Part shown: piece after piece, positions 11,372-26,808 of the stretch
Layout of the letters: every line of letters starts with the position of its first letter
Numbering within the stretch: the first letter of the stretch is position 1
Assembly (NCBI RefSeq): GCF_902459465.1
Contig: NC_047063.1
Location: 9,982,001-10,046,000 of the forward strand
DNA from: Asterias rubens
Lineage: Eukaryota
Direction: 5' to 3'
Length of the DNA: 64,000 nt
Position numbers and translations under genes: made by a program
Notes under the pieces: model-generated
Told to the model about the DNA's origin: nothing
What the model saw: only the letters and a program-made list of their open reading frames with translations
The model's database searches: none

Positions 11372-14300
11372 GTAAAAGATAGATAATTAATTTATTTGAA
11401 CTATCATGGACTAATTAATTTGTGGACTCTTGCATATAACCTTAAACAAAGTGTGTAATGTTGTTCGAACCAAAATACAAATCTGCTATCGTTGACAAAA
11501 TGGTGAAAATCCAACGATTTCTCATATTTGATGCGCCAAACCTTGTTTGGCTCGAGCAGAACCTTGGATCCTGACAATCATTCTTTTTTAGTTTTTAATT
11601 ACCATCGACTGAAAATTTGCGGACTGTTGTTCAAACCTAACAATAGCTGTTTCAAATGTAGGTTTAATTTGTTGGGTCAAATAGGGCAATAAATCTTAAC
11701 AAAATTGTAACAATCAAACAATTTCTCATTTCAGTTCCCATGGACAACCCTGATGCACCAATCCTTGTTTGGCTCGAGCAGAACCTCCTAGATTGGACAG
11801 CCAAACTGCAAAGCCTAACAGCAGATCCGGCGGACTATTTCTCGTCTGGAAACATAGTGACCAACACCCTTCTGAAATATAGTCCGGCCAACTGGACCGC
11901 ACTGGCAGCCGACTACCACGACCGTGTTTTCTTCTGGGCTGACCCACGCCTGAAGGTGATTTGGCGCGGTCAGTTGAAGGGGGAGCAACTCATTGCAGCG
12001 CCCCTGTATCGCGGCACCTCCTCGATGGTGCAGGGTATCGCCGTAGATTGGTTAGCTCGTACTGTCTACTGGACTGATGCTTCATACAACCACATCATGA
12101 TGAGTGATTATGAAGGGTCCAAACATACAGTCGTAATTGGGGAAGGATTGGAGGTTCCCACTGGTGTCGCCGTGCATCCACGACTTGGGTTAGTATGCCG
12201 AACGGGGTTTGGCAAATTTAATGTATAGTATGGATTAATGACAAAAACTTCTGGTAACTAGATATCGTACAGAATAGTGCAGTTTTGTTCACATTGCTTC
12301 TAGTGGTTAGTCTTCAAAAACAACAATAACAGCAGCAACAAGACTTCGTTCAATGCTGCAATTCAATTCCTTAAATGAAAGCTAATTATCTTTCTGGAAT
12401 CTATAAATAGAAATATTTTCAATTTAAATCGAAATGTGCCGGTCAAATCTGCCGAAAATTGGATCCGGTATCCTTGACGGACGTTCATACTGGGCAACAA
12501 CGCAAAAACCTACAATGAAATCAAATAATACTCATGACCTTTTAAATAAGTTATGCTCAGTGCTTAGTGCTGTATGACCAAACTTTCACGCTTTTACTGA
12601 GCTGCTTTTGTACTTCTAACATACAGGTGGCTGTTCTGGACCGATACGGGTACCGACCCAAGGATTGAACGCAGCCGTCTGGATGGACGAGAGCGTCGCG
12701 TAATAGTCCGGGGCTCTGAAGCCGGGTATGCGGTAGGACTCACCATTGACCACTCACGTGATAGGTAGGAACTTGTTGGGGTTCTGTATCTGTATCTGTT
12801 TTATTGAGCCTGCAAAGCAATTTTCTAAAGACACATCACACCAGCTTGTGTTCGCGGTGTGGACGGGATGACTCATGATTTTGGACGTGTTTAGTGAGAG
12901 TGTTTTTGAAGATGTCTTAGTATTGCTGGAAATCACACTACACGGTAAGTTCTGGTTTGCTTCTGATCGATCGGATCAAGGGAACTTGAATTTACAAGTC
13001 GCAACATAAAGTCAAATCAGCATCGGGTGGATTTTTTATAAAAATAAACAGTTGATGCTAGATTGATTGGAATGAATGATTGGCATACCTTAGGACTACG
13101 CTTCGAAAGAAACCAAAGTTACACAAAAATCTTGCCTTTTTAGTACCAGTGTCCTGCCGGAGATTCTGTCCCCAAATTGGAAAATGACCTGGGGTCTGGA
13201 GGAGAAGGATCCAACAGAGGGGGCCATCAGAAGCTCTGTTCTTCCTATAGACCTTATCCCAAATACTCAGGCAGGCGCAGTAGGTGTGGAGTTAGGTGCA
13301 TTCTGGGATAGTTAGGGATCAAATTTGATCCATAGCTATCCTGGAATGCACCTCATTAAATAACATTTGGCGCTTGGGCAATGGGTATTTGCGAAAAGGT
13401 CTATGGGGGAACAGAATCTCCAATAGTGTATTTTGGCAACCCAAACCAGAAACATTGGTCATCGGTTGGGCGTTTGTGTGTTCGGTTGAGCGTGGTGACA
13501 CGCTGTTCAGACCAACCGGTAACCAACTTGTTTTGGTTGGGCTTTTGCTGGTGTCGCCAAAATGCACTCCAGGGGGCAGAATCTCTTGCCACACACCGGC
13601 TAACATCACTTATTGTATTATTTTGGGCAGGTTATACTGGACATCTCGGAGTCTGGACGGTATGAGGAGCTCTATCTATTGGGCAACTACTGATGGACAG
13701 TCTGTAACGGTGTATACAGCAGTCGACTACAACCTCTACAGGTTTAACGATTTAACCCTGTACAAGGTAAGGCATAATTTCATCAAAGAATAGTTTCATG
13801 AAGGGTGAAGGAATTAAAGAGGGTGTAATAGGCAAATATTGGGACACATTAAGATCGTTCGAAATTTATGTAAGCTGCAGTTAGACCCAGTAATGCTTCA
13901 CACATCATTTTAGAAAGTTTTGGAAATAATTATTTTTAATTACAGGATTACCTCTACGTTACCGACTCAACAAATCAGCTACATTGCTACTTGAAGGATG
14001 AGGTCAGGGGTCACTACTTCACCTTTAACCTCACACCACGTTTACCATTTGGCATTACTACGTACGCTGGAAACAACCAGAATTGGCGATCATGTGAGTT
14101 AACATCATTGTGTGTCCGTTTTTGAAATGGGTGTTGAAATTTGAAATTTTCGTAAGGTTCCGGGCATTGTGTAACATTTGTGTAACACTTTTGAAGCATT
14201 CGTACATTTGTCTTTATTATTTCATACATTATTCAACAGGGTTCACCCCTACTCTTTCAAGAAATGTGTTTTACCTCCGAAGGGGCATCAAATGCCAAGA

Positions 14301-17300
14301 CCAGGGAAATAGAGGCCACGGCCTTCGTGTAATTCCATGCCTCAAAAAATGCCAATTCTAGCCAAACCGGTTACTCAGTATGAAGAAAATTATTCCTGTA
14401 ATTGCAGTCTTCTCTGCCAAGATACATTCGTTCAATCGAATTTACATGTTAGAATAAAAAAATGTGTGTTTTCTTTGCAAGCAATTTGCATTTTGTATAT
14501 TTTACTAATATTACTATTTAACTTCTGTATTTTACTAATTCACAACAGTAGTATTTATGATCTTCAATATTGAAATTTTGTTGACGGTACTTTGTTTTAC
14601 ATCATAATTTTGTGGATTTGCTGCATGCGCACGATTATAGTTAATAATAGTGATATGGCTGATTGAGTCATCATTCAAACACATTGATCATCCATACTGT
14701 ATTTAAAGGCAGTGAACACTATTGGTAATTACTCAAAAAAGGTTATTAGCATAAAGTGTTACTTGGTAAATGGGGAGAGGTTGATAGTATAAAACATTGT
14801 AAGAAACGGCTCACTCTGAAGTCAAGTAGTTTTCGAGAAAGAAGCAATTTTCCACGAATTTGATTTCGAGACCTCAGAATTAGAATTTGAGGTCTCGCAA
14901 TCAAGCATCTATAAGCACACAACTGCGTGTGACAAGGGTGTTTTTTCTTTCATTATTATCTCGCAACTTCGACAACCAATTGAGCTCAAATTTTCACATG
15001 TTTGTTATTTTATGCATATGTTGAGATACATTAAGTGAGAAGACTGGTCTTTGACAATTACCAATAATGTCTGTCCAGTGTCGTTAACCATGATTTAACA
15101 AAACAACTTATTTTTCAATCTCTGATGACAATTATACAGCTGGTTGTGATGCAAATCCATGTGAGTTTCTCTGTGTCAGTGATGGAGGGGATGCATACAG
15201 TTGTTTGTGTCAACATGGATTCACTGCAATGCAGGACGGAACATGTGTCACAGGTACGGATAAATATATCTAATTATTTCTTCTTTTACTGTAGAAATAC
15301 CAAGTGCATGCACCTTCTGTGTTCCTGGGCCTGATGATGAAACTTAGCCCTGTTAGCATTAGATTTGAATTTAACCGAGACCATTGGTAACATTCCAATG
15401 TGTAAACATTACCAGTGGATTACTTGGATTATACAACTGACTATTTATAAACACAGGCCAGGTCTGGGATCATCAGGCAGCATGCTTTTTGTTCCCCGGA
15501 CTCACCTTACCTCTAATGGTGATAGGCCCTTCTCTAATCTTGCCCCCACCTCTGGAACTCTCTGCCTCAAAGTCTAAGAGATACACATGACATTTCTCAC
15601 TTTTCATCTTTCATCTTTTCAGACTGGCCTTTGAACACATCTGAGATTTCTTTTAGTGACCTGGAGCGGCGCCTTTGAATTTTTTTTACAGAGAAAGAGC
15701 GCCTTACAAATGCTGTGTTTTATTTATTATTATTTACATGAGGGCACTACGCCAGTGACCTTCAACCGGATGTGACAAAATACATGCCCTATAGCTTTTA
15801 ATCAAAGGTTGAAGGGAAGCATATAGCAAATAAAAGGAAGAAAGTAACACCAAATGGTGGCCGGTTAAACTACCATTGGGCTCAATTAATTTACATGTAG
15901 TTACCTGGGTGACATTTGCCTGGGCTGTTCACAGGCTTAAAATGGTCTAGTCACCATTTACCCCCACGTTTGTACATGTGGATACCAGTAGCATTTAACT
16001 AACTGAAGCCACGTTTGCTTGATTTCTTGAAAAAGATAAAACTTTGTACATAGGTGTGGTACTCGCTGCTAAAATATAGGATTCAAACTGTCTCTAGCTA
16101 CTGGGCAATCTCGGTGGTCTAGTTGTCAAGACACTGCTCCAGATGCAAAGGTCATGGGTTTGAATCCCACCCGAGTAGTTGTGATTTTGTTTCACAGGGC
16201 TCGGGAAATTACTGAGTATCACTGCTAACACACAGTGTATAAAGTTAAAACCAAACTTAATATTCGTTATATTCTTGTTGTCTTACTTCAATCAAGACTC
16301 TGACATTCAGGTTCCACCACCCAAGGTATTTGTGCTAGGCCGAACCAGTATCTGCATGTATCCAGACAACATCCAAGACCTACCATCGCATCCTGGTCAG
16401 TGCATCCTGACAGATTTACCCGAAGCAGTCGCAATGGCTACCGACCAAGGGGAAGGGATATTGTTTTACAGCACACTCCAAGACAACATTATATACAGCA
16501 TAAAACTACGCAGCAATGAGAGATCTGTGGAAGTTATTGGTGGAACGACTGAAGTCAATGGTAATGCTTAATGTATTTTTTTTCTTACTTTGATATTGAA
16601 AATCGCTGTTACTTTTGTTCCAATTAACGTGGATTTATTTTTTGTAAAGCCTGTCAAACTATGTTTGTTGGAGTGTTGGGGAATTTGTTTGTTTGTTTGT
16701 TTATTTGTTTGTTTGTTTGTTTGTTTGTTTGTTTGTTCGTTTGTTTGTTTGTTCGTTCATTAGTTTGTTCATTAGTTTGTTCATTCGTTCTTTCATTCGT
16801 TCGTACGTTCGTTCAGTTTTTTTGTTTTTGTTTTTGAAAAATTGCACAATATAAGGATAATTTTCATAAGAAATTGCAAATCTCTTTTTGTACAAATGTT
16901 GGATACTGTATGAATTATTGTCAAAGTTTTCAGCAAGTTTCAGTACACATACGTACATACAACTAAGCATCTGTAAAGCGTCTTTTCAACAAGATCAAAG
17001 GGCTGGACAAGCAAAATGGAACTAAGCTACAACATACATGATATATTACATTTGATACGAACAGGGTGATGCCCCAGCATATTTAAGTGATCTTGTGCAG
17101 ATGTACACCCCAGGACATCGTAGCTTTTTGTTAAGTTAGTATATTTTTCTTATTTTGTTTTGCTATTTTGATCGCTTAATAGCTGTTCTTTTGTAGAGCA
17201 GCCCCATGAGTGACGCTTGCGGCGGATACCGGCGTTTTAAAAGTGTCCATTATTATTATTATTATTAATATTATTTTAAGAGATTTTTTGAAAAATGGCA

Positions 17301-20300
17301 GAGAGGAGGTAGTTTCATAATGACACAATATTATTAGCACTGATGACTAATGTCAGATTATAGAAGTGCCATTTTGCATTCACAAAGTAATGTGGCGAGA
17401 TACACCACTTTATCCATATTAATAAAACCAGCTCTTATATAGCGCAGTTCCAAAAAAATTACCAATGCACTTAAAACATAGCACTGGCTATTTATTAATC
17501 TTCTGAACATCATAGGTATTGCCGTAGACTGGCTTGACAAACTGCTCTATTGGACTGATTCTCGCTTGAACCATATTGCTGTGTCGAAGTACGACGGCAC
17601 GCACCGAACAATCCTTCTGAGTGACGATGTCAGACAGCCCGGACACATCGTTGTGGATCCTCATGCAAGGTATGGGTACAAAGTTTATACTGGACAGATT
17701 TGAGCCAAGAGGCTAGTAGTTTTGGTGTCGGGCCGAAAAAGTCCAGCTGTCTTTTAAATAAAAGTAAATTCTAGCATTCCTAATTGCCCTCCCCTAAATA
17801 CTGCCCTCTCTTGAGTCTTAAAGGAGCTAAATTACTTGCAAAAATACAGCAAATACAGGAACAACACAAAATAATTGCACCTACCATGGAGGAAGGAAAC
17901 TGTCTACTTAATATATTTAACTAGGGTTTGCATAAATTAATAAAGACACTTGTGACACTGATTTTCAATGAAGTGCTGAAACTGGCAAAAAGTTTGGTCT
18001 TTGGACTGCTGACCTTTTGTCTGCTACAGTATCTGGCTATTGTAAGCTGTGAGGGTCAGAGTCTACACATGTTGCAAGCATGGTCTTAGTCAAAATGACA
18101 TCTATTGTAAAAAAACAAGCAGCACAACTTGTGTCTGAGTTATTCAATGATCAAATGAATGTAGACACCTACTAAGTCGGTGTCTTTGTAGCAAATTCTG
18201 ACAGTTTTACCTCATTTTTTGCCACGATTGATTTTAGTAATAATTGTAAAACAATTAATATATCATTCTTGTGAAGTGAACTCATTCCATGAACCAATGC
18301 ACTCTAGAGACATACTTATAAAATGAACATTTTTTAAGGAGTTGTCAATCACTAGTTCTTTTCAGAGGCAACACTTTCAAAAGAGATACGGTGGTGGTGC
18401 TATCCCAAATCTCACCATACAAAGTTTTAAATCCTGCTGACATTTCTTGAAGCAACACGTGACAAAATTTCACAAGATGAAGTGAAATATCTGGCTGGAG
18501 AAACATTTGAAAGTCACATGCCAAGCATCGGAAAAAAATATTTGAATTATTTCTCATTTTCTTTGTCTCTTCTTTTAATTCTTAAGATTTATATTCTGGA
18601 CCTACCTTGGATCCTCAGTGGAGATTGAACGAGCAGCCCTCGATGGTAGTAACCGCGTGGTGATTGTAAGGGGTGTTCTGGAGGCCGACGCTCTGACAAT
18701 AGACTTCGACAGTCAAGTGTGAGTACTATTAAACCACAAATCTGTCTACCCAAACTGCGTACCCTACACTTCACTGCACTAATACAAAGGTGGAAGTCCA
18801 AATTACGACATATGTCTCGGGTACACCCATTGTGTGTTACCGATAACTGTTCCTTATCTTCAGAATAAATCTTACTCTTGCAATCTGTGTGTTCTTATTT
18901 GCACTTGTATGCCTGTTATCAATGACCTATTTAAATGAAGCCTGGGAGAGATGATAGTAAGATAACAATGAACAATGGCATCCGTGTCGACTGTACAAAC
19001 GTTGCTGCTGAGATCTTCAAACTTTATTACAGTCAAATTTATCTGATCCCATTGTTCAATAAAGTAGGATAAGTTCGTCCTCTTTTTTTGTTTTATGTGG
19101 TGTTCTGTTCTACACAAATTATGAATGGTTACATTTTTGCAGTTTGTTCCCTCTCAAAAGATAGTAAATCAATTTCAAATGCATTATTAATATTTTCTGG
19201 TATTAAAGGCAGTGGACACTATTGGTAATTACTCAAAACAATTATTAGCATGAAACCTTACTTGGTAACGAGTAATGGGGAGAGGTTGATAGTATAAAAC
19301 ATTGTGAGAAACGGCTCCCTCTGGAGTAACGTAATTTTTGAGGAAGAAGTATTTTTCCACGAATTTGATTTCGAGACCTCAAGTTTAGAATTTGAGGTCT
19401 CAAAATCAATCATCTGAAAGCACACAACTTAGTGTGACCATGGGTCGACAAGGGTGTTTTTTCTTTCATTATTATCTCGCAACCGATTGAGCTCAATTTT
19501 TCACAGGTTTGTTATTTTATGCATATGTTGAGATACACCAAGTGAGAAGACTGGTCTTTGACAATTACCAATAGTGTCCACTGTCTTTAGGTGAAGTTAC
19601 CGGTAATCACTGTAGCCAACAAACCTGAGGACACCAGTAAACAAGGGTGATTGCTACAAATGTATGTGAACTTGAAACACCAGGTTTAAACCTTACTCTT
19701 GTATGATAAGCGTACTCTGTTCTTTTTACTTGCACTACCAATCCTACACAGGACCACATGAAGGACAAAGTATTTATGATAAAGTATCTTGCTCACAAGT
19801 ACCAAGGACACAAGTACCAAGGACACAAGTACCATGACTGCAAGGCCCTTTTCATTTTGCAATAGAACACTTCAAGTGAAAATCATGAAGTCTATGAGAA
19901 CTTTTGGATAGAGCACAGCAAGGCCAAGACCAGGGCAATATATATATTTACCATGGCTTCCATGGCCTCTGTGTAATTACAGGCAAGGTATATCCATCAT
20001 CAATAATTGTCCTGTGATTATCTTTTTATCATTGGTTAAATATTATACACAAATTGAATGGCAATGAGGTAAAAAGTATACTTCTATTCCTCCAAGGGAC
20101 TTTGATGAATGACCAAAAGAGGGACCTTTTTCCCGAGGCCGAAGGCTGAGGAGGAGGTCTCTCTTCTGGTCAATTACAGGCCCTAGGGGGAATAGTCGTA
20201 CACTAGTTACCGAATTATGCCAGTCAATATGTGTTTTATAAGACACCTCGGTCTTAAATGTGAAATAAGAACAGAAATCTGGAAAAGAAAGGAAGTTTTG

Positions 20301-23300
20301 TAGTTGCTGTTCACGGTTCAAGTCAAGAGAGGGCGCTGTAACCAGGCACTATGACTTATGCCCGCCCGGGTACTATTCCTGCATAACACGCGCGCGCGAT
20401 CACTAGACTATACTAGTTCATCCCACGTGACCGTGTTTCAGCCAACCAGAATACAGAACAAGCAAGGGGTGTGTTTTAATCTATTCTATTCCATCCACCA
20501 GTTCAATACTGAATGCATCATGTAAGTGCATTATCATAAAATATAATCACTACTCCATTTGTCGAGGCGAAGCAAAGGGAATCAGCAAAACCAGATTTCA
20601 CCTAGGCTAGTGGGTGTAATCTGTGACAATGTACAGCGAAATACTCTCTATTTGAAATTTGTCCAAGTAAAAAGAAAATATAGCCTGTAAAACTCATCAA
20701 TGCACCCCACACCCCGGGAAAAATCTTTAACCAAATCTTCTGAACTCCATGGACGACTCCATGTAGACACCAACCATATCTGCAGTGACATGACCTTGTT
20801 TTATTCTGACAATTGGGCTGGAATTATTATTTCAAAATTGTTGCTCAAAATAATCTCTGCGAAGTATCCCAAGTGTCCTATTTTTACCAAAATAGTACTT
20901 CTACTCTTTCTTATATTTGGAAGCATGAAGCATCACAGCAGTAAATACATGGCATTCAAACGACAAAGATGGAATGCGGAATATATTAAGTATTATTTTG
21001 AGCTCTGTTGTCGTTATAATTGTTCAGTAAATTGTGTCTTTTTTGGTTGTAGACTTTACTTTGCTGAAAAAGGAACTGGTATACGCGCTGTTGACTACAT
21101 GGGATCCACAGACAGACTTGTGTTCAAGAAACACGGATCTATGATAACTGGAATGGATCTGTACAAGGTACAAACCTAACAACTACAACATATCTGAAGA
21201 TTGAATGTATTGATTATAGACTATGCAAGTCTCGCAAACAACGTTCTGGGACAAAATTTGTCAATATTTGATGAAATAATTAAATGGAAAATGGATAAAT
21301 GTTTGTAGGGAGGGGGTGTTTTGGCTCATTCCTTGCTGTCAGTGATATTCAATCAAATCAGCTATGAGTTTGTGAGTCAGTGAGTGATATAATATTCCCC
21401 TTTGGATTGTTGATTGATTGATTGTGAAGACCCATTAGTTAGTGATTTCAAATAACATCATGCTTCAACTTTTGCTCTGAAAAAAAAATCAGGAATAAAC
21501 CAAAGCATCCCAGGCAAAGATTAGCAGACCCATTTTTCTAAAAGTGTTTGAACTGGGGTTATCAAATGCAATGGTAGATTACACTATTTTAACATGAGGT
21601 GAGAGACTTGTAAATTTTTCCCCACTCGCATGAGGACTCTATCTATTGGAAAACGAGTACATCACCAAATTGAGTTTGACATTTATCTCTTCCTTTTTAA
21701 AGGAACTATAGACACTATTGGTAATTACTCCAAATATTCGTACTAGCACAAAAAATTCAAATGAGCAGTGGAGAGCTGTTGATAATATAAAACATTGTGA
21801 GAAATGGCTGTCTCTGAAGTAACGTAGTTTTTGAGAAAGAGGTCATTTCTCACTCAAATAAAAAAATACTTCGGCTGAAGTCTTTGAATGCATCAGAAAG
21901 CACACAAATTTGTGCAACAAGGGTGTTTTTTCTTTCATTATTTCTCTTGCAAGTTTGATGAACAATTGACTTCAAATTGTTCACACATTTGTTATTTTAT
22001 GTATATGTTGAGATACACCAAGTGAGAATAATGGTCTTTGACAATTACTAAAGGTGTCCAGTGCCTTTAAGTAATATTTGTTGATTGTTAGTGCAGGAGT
22101 ATTGTCACCGAAAATCTTTGAAATATTCTCACTTGTCATATGTTCTGGTTCATAGGATTATCTTATGTGGACAGAGCGGGCTCCATCAAATGAACTGATT
22201 GCCATAAACAGATTTAACGGCGAGCATGTGGGTCAGCATTCATTGGATGGTCTGTTGGAGTCAGCCTATGGTGTCAGCATGTACGCCAACAGCAGGCAGA
22301 AAGATGGACAAAGTTTGTAATTTTTCATAGATCTATAATGGCATCTTTGCCTTACTAGAGCAGACATCTTGCCACTCGTAGACCACCGTCATGCCAAATA
22401 GCAGGAGTCAGTTCCAAACCTGATTTTTTTTAATAAATATTATTATGGTATGTGTACTTGCCTTAGTTGACTGGCAAAGGTTGTTGAAAAATATGGAGAC
22501 ACCCCCCCCCCCCCCCAAACATAAGTTACAGGTTCTAGTTCCGTTGTGGTCAGTTTTTCTTTGTTCACATCCCCCCCCCAAAAAAAAAAAAAAAAAGAAA
22601 GAAGAAGAAACAAACGGCAACCGAAGTGCCCCTTTCCAGAGGAAAATGTTGTGCCCCTTCACTTTCAAGACTTAAGTATAATATTAACTAAATTGTAACT
22701 GTTTGTCAAAAAAAACCTTTCAGATCCTTGCTCAGACGGCATGCATGATTGTGAGCAACTTTGTCTTCCTGCCCCATTGCCATCTAATAACTACATCTGC
22801 ACATGTGGAATCGGTTATAGACTAAATGAAGACGAGACTTCCTGTACCTCAGGTAAGTTATTAAAATAATGCACTAAGGTTATTAAAGGCACTGTACACG
22901 TTTGGTAAGTGTCAAAGACCAGTGTTCTCATTTGGTGTATCCCATCATAACCATAAAAAAACAAGCCTGTGAAAATTTGGGCTCAATTGGTTATCAAAGT
23001 TGTGAGAAAAAGATGAAAGAAAAAAACACCCTTTTTGGATGAATTTGTGTGTTTTCAGATGGGAATAAAAGAATAGCTAGAATAGGAATGGGAATAGCTA
23101 GAAGTCTATTTTAGTGAGAAATTACCTCTTTCTCAAAAACTACGTTACTTCAGAGGAAGTCGTTTTCCACTATGTTTTATACTACCAACAGTTCTCCAAT
23201 GCTCGTTACCAGCTCAGTTTTTAAGTTAATATTTATTTTGAGTAATTACCAAACATGTACCTTCCCTTTAAAGGCACTGGACTCAAGTTCTTGGGTTTCT

Positions 23301-26300
23301 GATATGAGCAGAGTTTTGGTTCGAGTCCTGCTCTGGACACTTGCGTCCTCGAACAAGATAATAGACCGTTATTGCATAGTCCTTTGAATGGGATGTAAAG
23401 AATTGGAAAGTCAGGCAGGTTCTTGGTCTAAAATAACGGGGAACCCGACCAAAGTTGTTTTCAGGAATTATCACACTCTTCAAATCTCATCGTTCCTGCT
23501 GTATGTTTGTGCTTCTTTGTTTATCTTTTTGGTTGACTATGCATACCCCTTTTATAAGAGTTTATTAAAGAACATATCTATGTTTTGACGGAGACAATAA
23601 TATAGCACTTGATTATTTTTAAATTTCTAAACCTTTTAGTGAGAACACTCATTTCGAAGGTGTCCAGCATTAAAATACCCACTTAAAAATTTATACAATA
23701 AAAACTTCAGAAAAATAATTAAAGTTAAACAAACAAAATCAAAATTATTAAAATCTGGGCCTGCCAGTTTATGCAAATGAGTAAATGCAAAAAAAAAAAA
23801 TAGGAAAAAAATAGAAGTACATGTGTTTAGGAAAATAACATTATTTGTTGATTAAATATTTGTACTGGCCATTTAAAGATTGGCATTGCATTTATATATT
23901 GAATAGATATTTTGAATGACAACTTCATTCTGGTGGCCGATACGTATCTCCATGGCATCTTTCAAGTTGACCTCTCCTCCCCTGACCTCACTCTTCAAGC
24001 TATCCCATTGGTCAACATATCCAACCCACTGTCAGTCGGCTACGATCCGATACAGGGATTGGTTTATTGGAGTGATGTTACTGAGGGTTCAATTAGTAGG
24101 GCAACTCTGCACGGTGGTAATCAAGAGGTTATTGTGTTGGCCAAGGAAAATCAAGGTATTATAAACAGCTTTCTTTGGGTTTAATCTGCTCTGTGAAAAA
24201 ATCAATGAAAATGCTTCTTCTATATTTTTCCTTTTAAAGACACTGGAAACTATTGGTAATTGTCAAAGACCAGTGTTCTCACTTGGTGTATCTCAACATA
24301 TGCATAAAATAACAAACCTGTGAAAATTTGAGCTCAGTTGGTTGTCGAAGTTGCGAGATAATAATGGAAGAAAAAATACCCTTGTCACATGAAGTTGTGT
24401 GCTTTCAGATGCATGATTTCAAGACCTAGAATTCTAATTCTGAGGTCTCAAAATCAAATTCGTGAAAAATGATTTCTTTTTTATCGAAAACTATGTTACT
24501 TCAGCGGGAGCCGTTTCTCACATAGTTTAAACTATCAACCTCTCCCTATTACTCATTAACAAGTAAGGTTTTATGCTAGTAATTATTTTGAGTAATTATC
24601 AATAGTGTCCACTGCCTTTAAAGGCACTTGGGAGGAGTTGCTTCTCACAATGTTTTTTACTATCAAAAGCTCTCCACTCCTTATTACTAAGTAAGTTTTA
24701 ATGCTAACCGAGCCGATGCATACAAAATTAAATGAGCCCTCAGGTTGGTGGTCAGGTTGGTGAAGTTGGTGTCTTGCCTCGCCTTCCACCGGGGGGCACT
24801 ATGTGGATTAGGTTTTCAGTCTCTACTTGACTGCATGGGTTTTCCCTGGAATAATTTCTGAGGTTTTCCTCCCACATCTAAAACTGAAATTTCGTCATCA
24901 TCTTCTCTTCCTGTTTGGCTCTAATTAAAGCGTTGGGAATATTTATCCAGATCCAAGAAAAATTGTTCGGGAAATATTTAGTAATTTTTAACGCATTTCC
25001 ACCCAATATTTGTCAGCCCCTTATTCCATAGTCGTAGACTCCAACTCAAGAGTAGTGTACTGGACAGACACTATAAGTAATACCATCAGAGTGTGCCGCC
25101 TCGATGGCAAATACCACGTCACACTGGTAAATACATCTAGAAGTCCGCGAGCTCTGGCTCTACTACCGAATGAAGAGTGAGTTTGTTGGATATTATCATT
25201 AGATTGTAGACATCCGTGTTATTTTGGTTGGTGGAACACACATGTGCCTCCTATATTTTGGCACACTGCTGTGAGTCATGTGTGGATAATATGCCTCTCT
25301 TAATATTCATGGGTGACGTCATAATTCTTACCCAAAATGAGGCTATAGGCGCACGTCCGCAACCACTTGCAGTGGCTGCATGGCCGCGTTTTGGGTTAGA
25401 ATTGTGACGTACTCATGCATAAATATTAAGAGAGGCGTACTTAGGGGCTTCAGAGGCTCTTAACCATCATTTTCAATATAGTTGTTTACCACCTGTTTGG
25501 CATAATCTTGTCATGGCAGACAGTTGGTAACTACTGTTAATAAGATTTTTTTAATGGATTATCAGAGTGGGGATGGACAAATTTCTTTGTCTTTTTTATG
25601 TTTATTGGGGCAAACATGTCAAATGGTAAGGGCATGTTAGTTAAGGATCTGTTTGTTAGGGAAGTGGACTGCCACTTCCTAAGGTCAAACAAATGTTATG
25701 GTTCTTTGTTGTTGTGTGTAAACTCCTCTTCCCCTTGTAATTTTGTTTTTTATGTAAATGATTTTTGCCTAATTCTTACTTTTTGACCATTTTAAACTTT
25801 CCTCTTTCTTTACTACAACAATTATTCCCATTTTTGTCGTTTCAGACTCCTTTTGTGGACAAGATGGGGTGAGAATGGCGTAGGTATTGACAAAGCATTC
25901 CTGGACGGTTCGGGGAAAGAAACATTGATATCGGCCGAACAAGGTTTTTACCATGGACTAGCAATAGATGAAGCAGGTACGTGTAGCAGTGAAAATAAGG
26001 GCCTTGTCACAAGGCAAGAAGAAAATACATTCCAGGCGTCTGATTTTCCAAGATTTTTCAGGATTTCTCAAAATTCTCTTTTGCAATTAGTTTTTTCTTC
26101 AAAATGAAGCACCCCACCCAAAGGGAGAATGAAATAGTCTGGTTTATGCCCAAACCTGTAGTTCTGCCGATGCACTAAAGTGTCTGTAAACTTTCTAAAT
26201 TGTAACATCTTGGAGCTAATAATATGACTTTATGTTTTATTTAAAATTATCTAATTCATGCTGTGTATATTTTGCAGAAAGACGATTGTATTGGACGAAT

Positions 26301-26774
26301 GGGCAAGCTCACAGTATTGAATCGTGTGATTTGTCCGGCAATTACCACCGTGTGATATCTCTCGGAATAGACTCCCGACCCTTTGGCATTCTCCTGAAAG
26401 GTCCTCATATTTACTGGACGGACCATCAGAGCTTCAATAAGCTGATGCAAGTCGATAAGGCAACGGGATCGAACGTGGTAGCGGTCAGTGGCCTGGACCT
26501 TGCCCGACCAAATGGTGTTTACAGCAGAAGCACATCAGCGAGTCCAGGTAAGAATACATGGATGCGGAGGATCTTTTTAAACTGGTTGTTTAATATTTTA
26601 ACTTTTTTGCCAGCTGTCTGTATTATCTAGACTCCTTAATTTATTTTACTGTGTAATACTTTGCTCTGTATAATTTTGTCTGGTCCAGACTTTTATTGTT
26701 CTTTCCCAGCGCCTTGAGGCAGATTTCTTCTGCTATTGTTTTTGCGCTTGATGAATTTCCCTTGGTTATTATTA

Positions 26775-26808
<34 letters not shown>

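Noticed and set aside
13319-13665. Several overlapping 60-140-aa ORFs in protease intron 5
   Set aside because: Only the last 45 codons of 13374-13793 (exon 13631-13766) are coding. The rest shows no domain signal.
16103-16180. tRNA gene
   Set aside because: The B box is degenerate, no full cloverleaf forms, and it continues into a repeat tail, so it is a SINE head.
20700-21052. N-terminal part of the 159-aa ORF
   Set aside because: Intronic read-through; only 21053-21167 fits the YWTD pattern and splice sites.
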